Positions 16,906 to 31,002 are shown, counted from the first letter of the stretch. The stretch: 64,000 bases of DNA from Candidatus Krumholzibacteriota bacterium (GCA_039714075.1 JBDLKA010000001.1:32001-96000); one strand, 5' to 3'. Made by a program: numbers and translations. The notes: generated from the sequence alone by a model not told the origin.

Positions 16906-17811
16906 GTGGCAGCCTTGCGCAGTACCAGGGATCTCGGTCTTGACCCCACCTACGAGGGCAAGGTCCGGGACATGTTCGACCTAGGTGACCGATACCTTAT
17001 CGTGACCACCGACCGTATCTCCGCCTTCGACGTGATCATGAACGACGTGGTGCCCGGCCGCGGCGTGGTGCTCAATGTGATGAGCCTGGCCTGGTTCAAG
17101 CATTTCGCCGACGTGGTTCCCAACCACCTGATCACCGCCGACCCCGCGGAATTCCCCGCCCCCTTCAACATTCACGCCAAAGCCCTGGCGGGGCGTTCCG
17201 TCCTGGTGCACAAAGCCGAGCGCTTTCCCGTGGAATGCGTGGTGCGCGGGTATATCGCCGGCTCGGGGTGGAAGTCCTATGGGCAGGACGGGACTATTTG
17301 CGGCCATCGTCTTCCCGATGGTCTTCGTCTCGCCGACCGTCTGCCGGAGGCCATTTTCACGCCCTCCACCAAGGAAGACGAGGGCCATGACGAAAACATC
17401 CCCTATGAGACCGTGGTGGAGATGATCGGGGAATCCGATGCGGCCCGGTTGCGGGACATATCCCTAAAGCTTTACAGCGAAGGCGCCGAGTATGCGCTGC
17501 CGCGGGGCGTCATCCTGGCCGACACCAAATTTGAATTCGGGATGATAGGGGGAAAGTTGACCCTGATCGACGAAGTCCTGACACCCGATTCAAGCCGGTT
17601 CTGGCCCGCGGCCGACCACAACCCGGGGCAGGAGCCTCCGAGCTGGGACAAGCAGATCCTGCGCAATCATCTGGAGACCCTGGACTGGGACCACAGCCCG
17701 CCGCCGCCCGCCCTGCCCGCGGAGATCCTGGCCAAGACCTCCCGCCGTTATCATGAAGTCCTGGAAATACTCTTTCCCGCGGAGGCCGCCCAATGGCAAC
17801 AGTACCTGTAG
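16906..17811 (+). CDS. purC: SAICAR synthetase
   Basis: YEGKVRD, TDRISAFD, ECVVRGY, ILADTKFEFG, DEVLTPDSSRFW. Confidence 0.96.
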   Translation: MAALRSTRDLGLDPTYEGKVRDMFDLGDRYLIVTTDRISAFDVIMNDVVPGRGVVLNVMSLAWFKHFADVVPNHLITADPAEFPAPFNIHAKALAGRSVLVHKAERFPVECVVRGYIAGSGWKSYGQDGTICGHRLPDGLRLADRLPEAIFTPSTKEDEGHDENIPYETVVEMIGESDAARLRDISLKLYSEGAEYALPRGVILADTKFEFGMIGGKLTLIDEVLTPDSSRFWPAADHNPGQEPPSWDKQILRNHLETLDWDHSPPPPALPAEILAKTSRRYHEVLEILFPAEAAQWQQYL

Positions 17812-19319
17812 GGGAACGCCGCCGGGCTCTCTTGAGCGTGACGGACAAGACGCGTCTGGCCGAAATCGGCCGGCTTCTGCACGGCTACGGCTACGAGCTG
17901 ATCGCCTCCGGTGGAACGGCGGGGCACTTGCGGGACAACGACGTGCCGGTCGTCGAAGTCAGTGAACTGACCGGTTACCCGGAAATCTTCGGCGGCCGGG
18001 TCAAGACCTTGCACCCGGTCATTCACGGTGGCATCCTGGGGCCCTCCGAGGCCAGCTTCAAGGAAACCGAGGAGTTGGGGATCGGCCCTATTGATCTGGT
18101 GGTGGTGAATCTTTACCAATTCCAGGAAGCGGTCGCGGCCGGAGCCGGGGAAGCCGAAACCGTGGAGAAGATCGACATCGGCGGCCCGACCCTGCTGCGT
18201 GCCGCGGCCAAGAATTTCTCCCGGGTGACCGTGGTGAGCGACCCCCGATTCTACGACGAGTTGGTCACCGAACTGGAACAGGGCCAGGGAAAGACCAGCC
18301 TGGAATTCCGGCGCCGCCTGGCTGGTGAGACATTCCGCCTGGTCGCCGATTACAACGACGCGATCGCGGCCTGGTTCGCCGGTGCCGGTGACATCCCGCT
18401 GAGGTACGGGGAAAACCCCCACCAGCAGGCCACCCTGCGTCTGCCCGCGGCACCTGCTGGCGAACCGCAGCTGGCCGGAATCGGCCTGACCCAGCACGGC
18501 GGCAAGGAGCTTTCCTACAACAACATCGTGGACCTGGTGGCCGCGGTGAAACTCGTCGGCGATTTTGCCGAGCCCTGCTGCGGCATCCTGAAACACACCA
18601 ACCCCTGCGGCTTCGGCCTGGGCGCCGGGGCGGTCGGGCTGGAACGGGCCCTCAAATGCGATCCCGTTTCCGCGTTCGGCGGTGTTTTCGCCTTCAACGA
18701 AACCATCGACGAAGAGGCCGCCGGTATCCTGGCCAAGCGTTTCCTGGAAATCATCGTGGCGCCGAAGTACACGCCGGAGGCCCTGGCGCGCCTGGCCAAA
18801 AAGAAGAACGTGCGCGTGCTGACGGTGGACATGGCTCGTTTCCTGGCCGGCACCCGGGACCGCACCCGCGCCTGGGGCGATCTGGTTCTCACCCAGGGTG
18901 AGGACGAAAAATTTCCGGAGCTTGACGAGTGGAACGTGGTTGCCGGCGACGAGCCCGATCCCGCCACGCGGACCGCCCTGGAAATGGTCTGGAAGGTTTG
19001 CAAGCACGGCAAGAGCAACGCCATTGTCCTGGGGGACATGACCTCGACCCTGGGTATGGGATTCGGTCAGATGAGCCGGGTCGACTCCACCGAACTGGCG
19101 GTCATGAAGGCGGGCAACCAGGAGTTGGACCTCGCAAATTGCGTGGCCGCTTCCGATGGTTTCTTCCCCTTTCCCGACGGGATCGAGAAGCTGGCGGCCG
19201 CCGGAGCCCGGGCCGTGATCGCCCCGGGGGGCTCCATCCGCGATGATGAAGTCGCCGCGGCGGCAGCAAAGCTGGGGCTCACCTTGATCCTGACCAACCG
19301 GCGGCATTTCAATCATTGA
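17793..19319 (+). CDS. purH: Bifunctional AICAR transformylase / IMP cyclohydrolase
   Basis: ALLSVTDKT, GGRVKTLHP, IDIGGPTLLRAAAKN, LRYGENPHQ, KHTNPCG, SDGFFPF, RHFNH. Confidence 0.96.
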   Translation: MATVPVGERRRALLSVTDKTRLAEIGRLLHGYGYELIASGGTAGHLRDNDVPVVEVSELTGYPEIFGGRVKTLHPVIHGGILGPSEASFKETEELGIGPIDLVVVNLYQFQEAVAAGAGEAETVEKIDIGGPTLLRAAAKNFSRVTVVSDPRFYDELVTELEQGQGKTSLEFRRRLAGETFRLVADYNDAIAAWFAGAGDIPLRYGENPHQQATLRLPAAPAGEPQLAGIGLTQHGGKELSYNNIVDLVAAVKLVGDFAEPCCGILKHTNPCGFGLGAGAVGLERALKCDPVSAFGGVFAFNETIDEEAAGILAKRFLEIIVAPKYTPEALARLAKKKNVRVLTVDMARFLAGTRDRTRAWGDLVLTQGEDEKFPELDEWNVVAGDEPDPATRTALEMVWKVCKHGKSNAIVLGDMTSTLGMGFGQMSRVDSTELAVMKAGNQELDLANCVAASDGFFPFPDGIEKLAAAGARAVIAPGGSIRDDEVAAAAAKLGLTLILTNRRHFNH

Positions 19320-19323
19320 GGAA

Positions 19324-22275
19324 ATGCCGTATATTTACATGACCGGCCCGGTCGGGAACTCCTCCCGGCCGGGCCTGTTCTCAAAATCCATGTTGACGAC
19401 CGGATTACATGCCCTGCGGCCCCCTTTGGCGAGGATCATCCTTTGTCTGGCCGCCGTTTTTTCCCTTGGCGCCCCTTTTGCCAATGCTTCGGAAGAGGAT
19501 ACCCTCAGGGATATGCGTGCCCGCAGGCGGGCAGCCATGAAGACCATCAATACGTCGCCGGACAAGGCCGAGCAACCCGCACTGTTCGGACTGCTGGTCA
19601 TCCCGGTGGATTTCGCGGACGCCAGGGTCGGTTCCGACTGGGACCGCACGTCCTTGACCAATCGGCTCACTTCGACCGGCGGACAATCCCTGACCCGATA
19701 TTTCAACGCGGCCTCGAGAGGCCGGCTGGACTTGCGCATCACCCAGGCGCCGATGATCCATCTGCCTGGAACCAGGCGCGACTATTCCGACATCCATCTC
19801 AACGGGTTCACCAGGACCCGCGCCCTGGCCACCGAGTCGTTGCAGGCGGTCAGGGACCTGGGCCTGGAATTCCGACGCCTGGACATGGAAGGTCCGGACC
19901 GCACTCCCGGGACGGATGACGACGACGGGGAAGTGGACGGCGTTCTCATTCTCCATGCCGGCATCGGTCAGGAAAACGATCCTGAAGACGGGTTGGTCCA
20001 GGCCCTGCAGTTTTTCCTGGAGGAGCCCATCACCTCCCAGGGCATCCACGCCACTTTCTACGCCGTAGCCAGCCTGCACAGCGGACCCGGCATCTGGGCC
20101 CATGAAACCGCTCACCTTCTGGGCCTTGAAGATCGCTACGACCCGGGCCTGCGCCCTGCCGGGGGAAGCGAGGTACTTTCCCGGGGAGGATTGGGCCGGT
20201 TCAGCCTGATGGGTTCCGGCGCCTGGGGAACGGGGGACGGGTACGGTGCCGCCTTGCCGGACGCCTATTCGTCTTTGCAGATGGGTTGGTATGATTCACG
20301 AAACCTGGCCCACAGTGTTGATGGCCCCGACACGCTTCGACCGGGCCTGGTTTCGGGCCTCGTGGACAGGGTCTGGACCAGGAGCGAATTCGGCCCCGAG
20401 TTCTTTCTGCTGGAAACACGCGACCCCGCCGCAGCCTTCCCTTTCGACGCCGACATTCCCGGCAATCACCTGCTGGTCTACCATGTCGATGAATCCCTGC
20501 CCGAAGGAAGCCATGCCGTTGATGGAGAAAACAAGTGGCATTTGCGGGTGTCCCTGGTCGAAGCCGACGCCGATTTCAAACTTCTCCGTGGGGAGGACGC
20601 CGGCCGTGAAGCGGATCTGTTTCCCGGGCCTCTGGGCAAAACGGATTTCGATCCCGGTTCCGTGCCGTCCAGTGATGGGTACAACTCGATTTCCTTTGTG
20701 AGGCTGAACGATATTTCCCCCATACCAGGGGGCATGACCTACCGGACTTCAGTGTGGCCGACGCCGAATATCGATTTCACATCCGGCTTCCATGGCGAAA
20801 CGGATCTCACCCTCGCTCTTGCGGCCCGGTCAACCGGCACTCCGGTTGCCGACCTTCGCTGTACTGTGACTGCTGTTTCCAACCCCACCTGGGGTACTTT
20901 TGCCGGTGGTCAAACGTCCGTCGCCTTCGATCTGGTGGAAGACGGGAACGGCCAATGGCGGCCCGATAGTCCGGTGACCTGGGTTCCCGTTGCCTCTGTT
21001 CCGGCGAACGGCCAAACCAGGTTCCGGTACGATTTCGAGTTTGACGGCGGCCTGGAATCCGAGACCAGGAATTGGGTATGGAAGGACAATGCCGGTGTCC
21101 TGGACTTTGCCGTGAATTGGCCGGGGGGGTGGTCAATTTCCAATCCCGGCGAAAACCCCAACACATTCTGGCATCGCTGGAACACCGGTCCCCCTTGGCT
21201 GACGGAGGACAGGACTCCGGTTCTGGCCTGCACCGGCTTCGAATTTTTCGACTCTTCCGCCTGGCCGGTGGTGACCTACCAGAATTCGGGGTACGTAAAG
21301 CTGACCTCAGGGGAATTGGGGCCCGATGTTCGTGCCGTCAGACTCATCCACGCCATGGAAGTGGAATTCCTCACCGCGAATGTCGCCATGGACGGGGGAG
21401 TGGCCGTGTGGATCGATTCCCAAAACAGGGAATATCCTGCCGAACCGCTGGCGGGCTGGCGGGGACGGATATCCGACAAGGCCGTCAATCCCCTTCACGG
21501 GCAAGGGGCGCTGATTCACAAGGAACTTGAATTAACCGGGGATATCCCCTTGTGGCGCACGGACATCATTCCTGTGCCCCCAGGGTTGCCGGGGCCCTGG
21601 CGATTACGTCTGGCTTTCGGCAGCAACACCCTGTGGCGCCAGCGGGGCTGGTTCGTGGCGGACGTGGAGGCCATCACTTCCGAACCTGCGGACGCGGCTT
21701 TCACTGGGGAGTGGATTTCCGGGCAGGGCGCCGGATTGAGCTGGCATTGGCCCTGGAAAACGGGAACACCCCAGGGCTTTGTCATTGAACACCGGGTGGA
21801 TGAAGATGGGCCCTGGACGGACATGATCCGGGTTGAGCCAGCCGTCCCACCGGGTGATGATCCGTATTTCATCCCCGCCGCCGATATTTTGCCATTGCTG
21901 GGTGGGGCCCGCCGCAACCGCCATGCTTTGCGAATCGTGGGTTCCATGGACAAAGGCCTGGTTGCCACCCGGGAGATTGTTGTTTTTCCTGACGGGGGTG
22001 ACGGGAAACCCGTGACCCTGGGTATTCCCTGGCCCAATCCAACTCTTGATTCAATCCGGTTTCTGGTGGACATTCCCGCAGGTGTCCGGGGAACTTGGAG
22101 TATCTACGATCTCCAGGGTCGATTGGTCCGGAAACACGGTTTGGGCGCGGGCAGCCATCTGCTCGAATGGGACGGCCGCGATTCCCAGGGTGGCCGGGCC
22201 GCTTCCGGTACATATTTTCTCCGCCTGGAAGGATCCGGTGCGGCTGTCATGCGCAAGGTGGTGCTTCTCCATTGA
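19324..22275 (+). CDS. Secreted M6 (immune inhibitor A)-like metalloprotease with a C-terminal FlgD-Ig/T9SS-like sorting domain
   Basis: Signal peptide; LVIPVDFAD; HETAHLLGLEDRYD (HExxH); FSLMGSG; C-terminal PWPNP...IYDLQGRLVR...WDGRD..G..AASGTYFLRLE. Confidence 0.82.
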   Translation: MPYIYMTGPVGNSSRPGLFSKSMLTTGLHALRPPLARIILCLAAVFSLGAPFANASEEDTLRDMRARRRAAMKTINTSPDKAEQPALFGLLVIPVDFADARVGSDWDRTSLTNRLTSTGGQSLTRYFNAASRGRLDLRITQAPMIHLPGTRRDYSDIHLNGFTRTRALATESLQAVRDLGLEFRRLDMEGPDRTPGTDDDDGEVDGVLILHAGIGQENDPEDGLVQALQFFLEEPITSQGIHATFYAVASLHSGPGIWAHETAHLLGLEDRYDPGLRPAGGSEVLSRGGLGRFSLMGSGAWGTGDGYGAALPDAYSSLQMGWYDSRNLAHSVDGPDTLRPGLVSGLVDRVWTRSEFGPEFFLLETRDPAAAFPFDADIPGNHLLVYHVDESLPEGSHAVDGENKWHLRVSLVEADADFKLLRGEDAGREADLFPGPLGKTDFDPGSVPSSDGYNSISFVRLNDISPIPGGMTYRTSVWPTPNIDFTSGFHGETDLTLALAARSTGTPVADLRCTVTAVSNPTWGTFAGGQTSVAFDLVEDGNGQWRPDSPVTWVPVASVPANGQTRFRYDFEFDGGLESETRNWVWKDNAGVLDFAVNWPGGWSISNPGENPNTFWHRWNTGPPWLTEDRTPVLACTGFEFFDSSAWPVVTYQNSGYVKLTSGELGPDVRAVRLIHAMEVEFLTANVAMDGGVAVWIDSQNREYPAEPLAGWRGRISDKAVNPLHGQGALIHKELELTGDIPLWRTDIIPVPPGLPGPWRLRLAFGSNTLWRQRGWFVADVEAITSEPADAAFTGEWISGQGAGLSWHWPWKTGTPQGFVIEHRVDEDGPWTDMIRVEPAVPPGDDPYFIPAADILPLLGGARRNRHALRIVGSMDKGLVATREIVVFPDGGDGKPVTLGIPWPNPTLDSIRFLVDIPAGVRGTWSIYDLQGRLVRKHGLGAGSHLLEWDGRDSQGGRAASGTYFLRLEGSGAAVMRKVVLLH

Positions 22276-24554
22276 ACCGAAAAATTCTTCTCTGTCTGGC
22301 GGGCTGGGCGCTGGGTGCCGGGAATGTCCTGGCCGGCCCTCTTTATGACCCGTTTCTCGAACGCTTCCAGGTCGGAACCTACAATGATCCCGAGACGATC
22401 AGCCTCAAGGACGGATATCCCGCCGATATTCTGGATCCCGCGGAAGTCGATCCCGTCTGGATGGCCGCCGCCCGCCGGGTGCTTGACTCCCGGGACGCCG
22501 GGTCCGGGTCCTATTTATGCCGCCGCATGATCAGCGTAGCCACTGGTCCAGCCGGGGAAACCGAGTGGCTGGACCGCATGGCCGACGTCCTGGAGCAACT
22601 GGAAAACGGCCCCCTGTCCAACCCCTTGGATCAGGACTCCGATCCTCTGTTGGCGGAACGGGCCACGCGGGACGTTTTCAACCATCTTGAAGCCGGCCGC
22701 ATCATGCAGGCCGCCGCCGGGGCGATCCGGTTGCGGGACGGCGGCAGGAAAATGGGATTGTCCGACCGGGAAATATTCGTGTGGGACCTGCGGGCCAAAG
22801 CGCTTTTTCGACAAGTCGGCAACAGACCGTCCGGCACCAACAATTCCTGGCCGACCATGCTTGTGCTGGGCCCTTTCGATTCGGGGAGCGCCTGGACCTT
22901 GTGGGTGGCGTACTGCCGCGGCACCGGCCATCCCGTTCTGCCCTCATCCATGGCCGTCAAGAAGTGGGGCAAACACCTGACCCGCATTTCCCGATCCTGG
23001 CTTTCCCCGGAGGAATTGTACGGTTCGGGACTGGCCCCGGAGTTCAAAGCCGGCCTGGGGGCGGTCATGTTCAGGGGCGCCTCCAGGGATGCCCATTTCG
23101 TGAAATACCCCGAACCCCCTGCCGACAATTCTCTCCAGGGATTATGGGTCCGGGGCCGCAGACTGCAGTCCGGAGGCGACCCCGCCGTCTATGAGGAATT
23201 GGCGCTGAGAAAGGATCTCAAACCCGGTTGGCGGATGGATGTCTGGCGCCGGGCTTCGGAACTCCGCCTCCTGAAGGGCCAGTGGGAGCAGGGCCTGGAG
23301 GACCTGCGGCAGGCTCTTCAACTGGCGGCGAACGGGCACGGCCACCGGTCCACGCGCCGGCGACTGCGGCAGTGGAACGAGCAGGCGTTGGTCCTGGCCC
23401 TGGCCCAGGGGGATATTCCTGTCGCCCGGCAGGTCCATGACCTGGGCCTGGAATATTTCAAGGACAAGGAAAGAGAAGCCTTCCTCAGGGAAACCGGTCA
23501 TTGGGAAGATCGGATTTCCGCCGGTGACCGGGTTGATTCCGACCCTGGTGCAGATATCCTCGTCCAGGCACGGTCGGTTGTCGAAACCGGTCGTGCGGAC
23601 GACCTGGAACCCGCAGCCGAACCCCGGCGTGACCTTTTCCGTCAGGCCACCAGCAAACCTCGCTGGGACTTGTGGATCCGGTGGGGACTTGCCCTGGCCA
23701 ATCCGGAACCCGTGCAGGGCCTCAAGCGGGAACGCGCCATTCTCTACGGACAGGCCCTGCAACGAATGCAGCAACTGACCGATCCGGCGGAACAGGAATT
23801 GGCGGCCCTGAAGATCATCGCCGATCGTCTGGGAAACCGAACGGTATACCGGCAAATGCTGGAGCAGGCCTTTGACCGGGATGTCGGCCTGGCCAGCGGC
23901 TGGAAGACACTGCCGCAACCCTCGGCGGTTCCCCGATTCCTTCAGGAACTCAAGGGCAGCGAGTTGGACCGGCACGCGCTGCTGGGGTTCGCCCTGGCCA
24001 TGGGTGATATGCGCGGGACCCTGGCCGTGGCCGTCCAGCTGGAAGGGCGCGGTTTGACTCCCGGGGAAAAAAGACGTTTCCTTTACCCGCTTCCCGATTC
24101 CGACGCCATCCACGCGGCCATCCTGGAAGCGGGCAGCGACCCGGCCCTGCTGCTGGCGGTGGCTCGCAACGAATCACTGTTCGAGCCCTCGGTCCGTTCC
24201 CGCGCCGGGGCGTTGGGCTGGATGCAGATCATGCCCTTCCACTACGAGGAACGCGGCGCGTTGCCCGGGGAGGCCAACTGGAGAAACCCCGGTGTTTCCA
24301 TCCGGCATGGGGATCAGTTGCTGCAGGAGAACAGCCGGCGTTACCAGGGCAATCCCTACCAGGCCGTGGCCGCGTACAATGCCGGTCCGCGGGCCGCATC
24401 CCGCTGGGAAAAGCAACTGGGGGGATCGCCTGCCAGGGACATCTATCTGGCCTGGATCGGGTATCCCGAGACCCGGCATTACGTGGAAAAAGTCTTGATC
24501 GACCGCGAAATTTACGATTGGATCATCCGGGCTGAAGCACCGGAACAGCAGTAG
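22272..24554 (+). CDS. Slt70-like lytic transglycosylase (helical N-terminus, C-terminal SLT domain)
   Basis: TTG start overlapping the upstream stop gives signal peptide [52 protein letters not shown]. Confidence 0.85.
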   Translation: MNRKILLCLAGWALGAGNVLAGPLYDPFLERFQVGTYNDPETISLKDGYPADILDPAEVDPVWMAAARRVLDSRDAGSGSYLCRRMISVATGPAGETEWLDRMADVLEQLENGPLSNPLDQDSDPLLAERATRDVFNHLEAGRIMQAAAGAIRLRDGGRKMGLSDREIFVWDLRAKALFRQVGNRPSGTNNSWPTMLVLGPFDSGSAWTLWVAYCRGTGHPVLPSSMAVKKWGKHLTRISRSWLSPEELYGSGLAPEFKAGLGAVMFRGASRDAHFVKYPEPPADNSLQGLWVRGRRLQSGGDPAVYEELALRKDLKPGWRMDVWRRASELRLLKGQWEQGLEDLRQALQLAANGHGHRSTRRRLRQWNEQALVLALAQGDIPVARQVHDLGLEYFKDKEREAFLRETGHWEDRISAGDRVDSDPGADILVQARSVVETGRADDLEPAAEPRRDLFRQATSKPRWDLWIRWGLALANPEPVQGLKRERAILYGQALQRMQQLTDPAEQELAALKIIADRLGNRTVYRQMLEQAFDRDVGLASGWKTLPQPSAVPRFLQELKGSELDRHALLGFALAMGDMRGTLAVAVQLEGRGLTPGEKRRFLYPLPDSDAIHAAILEAGSDPALLLAVARNESLFEPSVRSRAGALGWMQIMPFHYEERGALPGEANWRNPGVSIRHGDQLLQENSRRYQGNPYQAVAAYNAGPRAASRWEKQLGGSPARDIYLAWIGYPETRHYVEKVLIDREIYDWIIRAEAPEQQ

Positions 24555-24583
24555 GCATCGCCTTCCCAGAACGGAGCAGGAGC

Positions 24584-27604
<3,021 letters not shown>

Positions 27605-27630
27605 CGCCGGGTCGATCAAGCGGCCCGGAC

Positions 27631-27659
27631 TTGCCGAGCCAGGCGGGCCATGCTAGTTT
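27631..27659 (+). promoter_or_regulatory. Putative sigma70 promoter for the smg-topA operon
   Basis: TTGCCG-N17-TAGTTT with an extended -10 TG. Confidence 0.55.
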
Positions 27660-27727
27660 TTGGCCGCCTCCGCTGTCGTCGGCAAATTGGTCCCGGCGCA
27701 AACGGCAGGCCCTGAAAGTGAAGAGAT

Positions 27728-28213
27728 ATGGATCCTGAGAGGGACAGACTCAAACATCTGCTGATCATCCTGCTGGAGGCCCTGTCGGGGCCGACCGAGG
27801 TGTCGCCCCCCATCAAGGCCCGTATCCAGGAGAAGGCCGAGGCCGCGGGATTGGACGAGGGAGACGTGCACGGGCTGCTGGACTGGATCGAATCCCACTG
27901 GCAGCACGACGACCGGCCGAACTGGGACCGCAGCCCCCAACCCGACACCCCGTCGGACAAGGCGTTCCGTTTTTTCGGGGACCTGGATTCCGACTACCTG
28001 TCGCCCCGGGGTCTCGGATTCCTGATGGAGTTGTTGAACAAGCGCCAGATCAACCGTGCCCAGCTGGAGGCCCTGTTGCAGTACTCGTCGTTCATCGCCT
28101 TGAAGCCCCTGGAACCCGACGAACTGGAATCGGTCCTGGAGCAGGTGTTGTTCCGGCCGGGACGGCCGGGGATGACCGGCGGCGCATCGGAGGGATTCGA
28201 GAACATCCATTGA
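27728..28213 (+). CDS. Smg/DUF494-like protein
   Basis: Position directly upstream of topA; LDWIE, FRFF...YLSPRGLGFLMEL...QLE and C-terminal IH resemble Smg. Confidence 0.7.
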   Translation: MDPERDRLKHLLIILLEALSGPTEVSPPIKARIQEKAEAAGLDEGDVHGLLDWIESHWQHDDRPNWDRSPQPDTPSDKAFRFFGDLDSDYLSPRGLGFLMELLNKRQINRAQLEALLQYSSFIALKPLEPDELESVLEQVLFRPGRPGMTGGASEGFENIH

Positions 28214-28290
28214 GCGACCCTCATTTCCGGGAGCGCATTCGGACCGGCCGCTGATTTCAGTTGCCGGGTTTTAATTGGAAGGAACAATAC

Positions 28291-31002
28291 TTGAAACTGA
28301 TCATCGTCGAATCACCCGCCAAGGCCCGGACCATCACCCGGTTCCTGGACAAGGACTACACCGTCACTTCCAGTTACGGACACATCAGGGATCTGCCCGG
28401 TTCGGCCAAGGAAATTCCGGCCAAATACAAGAAAGAGCCCTGGCGGCGTTACGGAGTCAATCTCGACGACGGCTACCAGCCCATCTATGTCATCTCCGCG
28501 GACAGCAAGAAGCAGGTCGCCGAGCTGAAGAAACTGCTGAAGAAAGCGGACGAGGTCCTGCTCGCGACGGATGAGGACCGTGAGGGGGAGGCCATCAGCT
28601 GGCACCTGCTGGAGGTCCTGAACCCCAAGGTTCCCGTCCGCAGGATTTCCTTCCATGAGATCACCCGGTCTGCCATCCAGGAAGCCCTGGAGAATCCCCG
28701 CGAAGTCGACATGAAACTGGTGCGGGCCCAGGAGGGGCGGCGCATTCTCGACCGCCTCTATGGTTATTCGCTGTCGCCGGTGCTGTGGAAAAAAGTGCGG
28801 ACCAAATTGTCGGCCGGGCGCGTGCAGAGCGTCGCGGTCCGGCTGGTGGTGGAGAAGGAAGAAGAGCGCCAGCGCTTCCACGTCGCGAAGTACTGCGACA
28901 TCGAAGCCGGAATGACCAGCGGTGATTTTGCCTTCACGGCCCGTTTGACGGAAATCGATGGCGTCAAGCTGGCCGGGGGCAAGGATTTCGATCCCGATTC
29001 GGGGGAACTCAAGAAGCCCGGACAGCGCATCCAGCTTTCCGAAGAAGTGGCCGCCCAACTGGCTCCCGCCGCCGGCGAAACCCTGCCCTGGCGCATCGCC
29101 CAGGTGACACGCAAGGAGTCCACCCAGCGACCCTCGCCGCCCTTCACCACGTCGACCCTCCAGCAGGCCGCCAGCGGCCGTTTGAAGATGTCGCCCCAAA
29201 GGGTCATGCGTATCGCGCAGCGTCTGTACGAGGGGATCGGCGCCGTCCGTGACGGTTTGATCACCTACATGAGGACCGATTCGCTGACCCTGAGTGAAAA
29301 ATCCCTGGCCGAGATCGAGGGCCACGTCCGGGAAAATTTCGGTCCCGAATACACCACCGGCCCGCGGCGCTACAAAACCAAGGCCAAGGGCGCACAGGAA
29401 GCCCATGAGGCCATCCGACCCACCCATGTGGACCGCACCCCGGAATCGGTGGCGGACCGCCTGGACAGCGAAGAGCTGGCCGTCTACCGGTTGATCTGGA
29501 ACCGTACCGTGGCTTCCCAGATGGCCGAGGCCAAACTGGACAAGACAGCCGTTGATTTCGCCGTTGAAGCGGGGGACCGCCAACTGACCTTCCGGGCCAA
29601 CGGTTCGGTGGTTCGTTTTCCAGGTTTTCTCAAGGTCTATGGCGACAAGGGCAAGGACACCCTCCTGCCGGAACTGGCCGAAGGCAAGACCGTCGGCGGC
29701 ACCGCCCAGGACAACACACCTCCGGTCCAGATCGGCGAAGTGGCGTCTGTGCCCCACGAAACGCAGCCACCCGCCCGGTTCACCGAAGCGTCCCTTATCA
29801 AGAAGCTGGAAGATGAAGGGATCGGCCGGCCCTCGACCTATGCCTCGGTGATCGCCACCATCCAGAGCCGGGAATACGTCGTCAAGAAGAACGGCGCCTT
29901 GCTGCCTTCCTACATCGGCATCGCCGTCACCCATCTTCTGCGGGAACACTTCAACAAGTACGTGGACCCCAAGTTCACCGCGCACATGGAGGAGGAACTC
30001 GACCTGATAGCCTCCGGCGAGGTGGACTGGATCGAATTCCTCGACTGTTTCTTCCGGGGATGCAAAGGCGAAACGGGACTGGAACAGGACATTGACGAAG
30101 AGATGGAGAAGATCGAATTCCCCCGGATAAAGGTCGGCGACGATCCGGAAACCGGGCACCCCCTGGTGCTGAGAATCGGGCGTAACTACGTGTCGGTCCA
30201 TGTGGAGGGTGTCGATGATCGCCGCGCCACCCTGCCGGTCGATCTGCTCATCGACGAGTTGACCCCGGACAAGGCCCTGGAGCTCATCATCCAGAGGGAC
30301 AAGTCGCGCGAGCCCATCGGACAGCATCCCGAAACGGGGCAGAACATCTACGCCCTGACCGGACCGTTCGGTCCCTACCTCCAGTTGGGGGAACAGGAAG
30401 AAGACAAGAAGCCCAAGCGGATCAGCCTGGGCAAGAAAACCGACCCGACCACCATCGATCTGGACTACGCCTTGCGGCTTCTGTCACTGCCCCGCGAAAT
30501 CGGAACCGATCCGGAGACCGGGAAACCGGTGCGAGCCGGCCTGGGCCGATTTGGACCCTACGTGGAGAGGGACCGCGTCTTCGCCAGTGTGCAGACCGTC
30601 GACACGCTGTTCACCATCAATCTCGAGGATGCCCTGGAACGGATCCGGAACAAGAACAAGCGGACCGTCCTGAAGGATCTGGGCAAACATCCCGAGTCCG
30701 GGGAAGCCCTCGCCATCTGCAAGGGGCGTTACGGCCCCTACGTGACCGACGGTAAACTCAACGCCAATATCGGGCGTGACCGGGATCCCGAAGATGTGAC
30801 CGTGGAGATGGCCGTGTCCCTCCTGAAGGACGCCGCCCTGCGAAAGAAAAACGGCAAGAAAAAAACCGCGAAGAAGAAAACGGCCAAGAAAAAGACCGCC
30901 AAAAAGAAGACTGCCAAGAAAAAGACTGCGAAGAAGAAAACCGCCAAAAAGAAGACGACCAAAAAGGTATCGGCCCGGGCGGACAAGCCCGACGATTCCT
31001 GA
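28291..31002 (+). CDS. topA: DNA topoisomerase I (type IA) with C-terminal Toprim_C-type repeats and a Lys-rich tail
   Basis: LIIVESPAKA, ATDEDREGEAI, SAGRVQS, LITYMRTDS, AHEAIRPT, GIGRPST; G.FGPY repeats and no Cys4 zinc ribbons. Confidence 0.97.
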   Translation: MKLIIVESPAKARTITRFLDKDYTVTSSYGHIRDLPGSAKEIPAKYKKEPWRRYGVNLDDGYQPIYVISADSKKQVAELKKLLKKADEVLLATDEDREGEAISWHLLEVLNPKVPVRRISFHEITRSAIQEALENPREVDMKLVRAQEGRRILDRLYGYSLSPVLWKKVRTKLSAGRVQSVAVRLVVEKEEERQRFHVAKYCDIEAGMTSGDFAFTARLTEIDGVKLAGGKDFDPDSGELKKPGQRIQLSEEVAAQLAPAAGETLPWRIAQVTRKESTQRPSPPFTTSTLQQAASGRLKMSPQRVMRIAQRLYEGIGAVRDGLITYMRTDSLTLSEKSLAEIEGHVRENFGPEYTTGPRRYKTKAKGAQEAHEAIRPTHVDRTPESVADRLDSEELAVYRLIWNRTVASQMAEAKLDKTAVDFAVEAGDRQLTFRANGSVVRFPGFLKVYGDKGKDTLLPELAEGKTVGGTAQDNTPPVQIGEVASVPHETQPPARFTEASLIKKLEDEGIGRPSTYASVIATIQSREYVVKKNGALLPSYIGIAVTHLLREHFNKYVDPKFTAHMEEELDLIASGEVDWIEFLDCFFRGCKGETGLEQDIDEEMEKIEFPRIKVGDDPETGHPLVLRIGRNYVSVHVEGVDDRRATLPVDLLIDELTPDKALELIIQRDKSREPIGQHPETGQNIYALTGPFGPYLQLGEQEEDKKPKRISLGKKTDPTTIDLDYALRLLSLPREIGTDPETGKPVRAGLGRFGPYVERDRVFASVQTVDTLFTINLEDALERIRNKNKRTVLKDLGKHPESGEALAICKGRYGPYVTDGKLNANIGRDRDPEDVTVEMAVSLLKDAALRKKNGKKKTAKKKTAKKKTAKKKTAKKKTAKKKTAKKKTTKKVSARADKPDDS
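30856..30960 (+). repeat. Seven 15-bp tandem units encoding (KKKTA)6-KKKTT in the topA tail
   Basis: AAGAAAAAAACCGCG / AAGAAGAAAACGGCC / AAGAAAAAGACCGCC and so on, with synonymous variation. Confidence 0.95.

Noticed and set aside
27680..27740. Partial resemblance to a c-di-GMP-I riboswitch (GGCAAA...GGCGCAAA...GGCCCTGAA...TATGG)
   Set aside because: The P2 stem with its GAAA tetraloop is missing and closing pairings cannot be formed; the smg-topA context is atypical. An Infernal/Rfam scan would be decisive.
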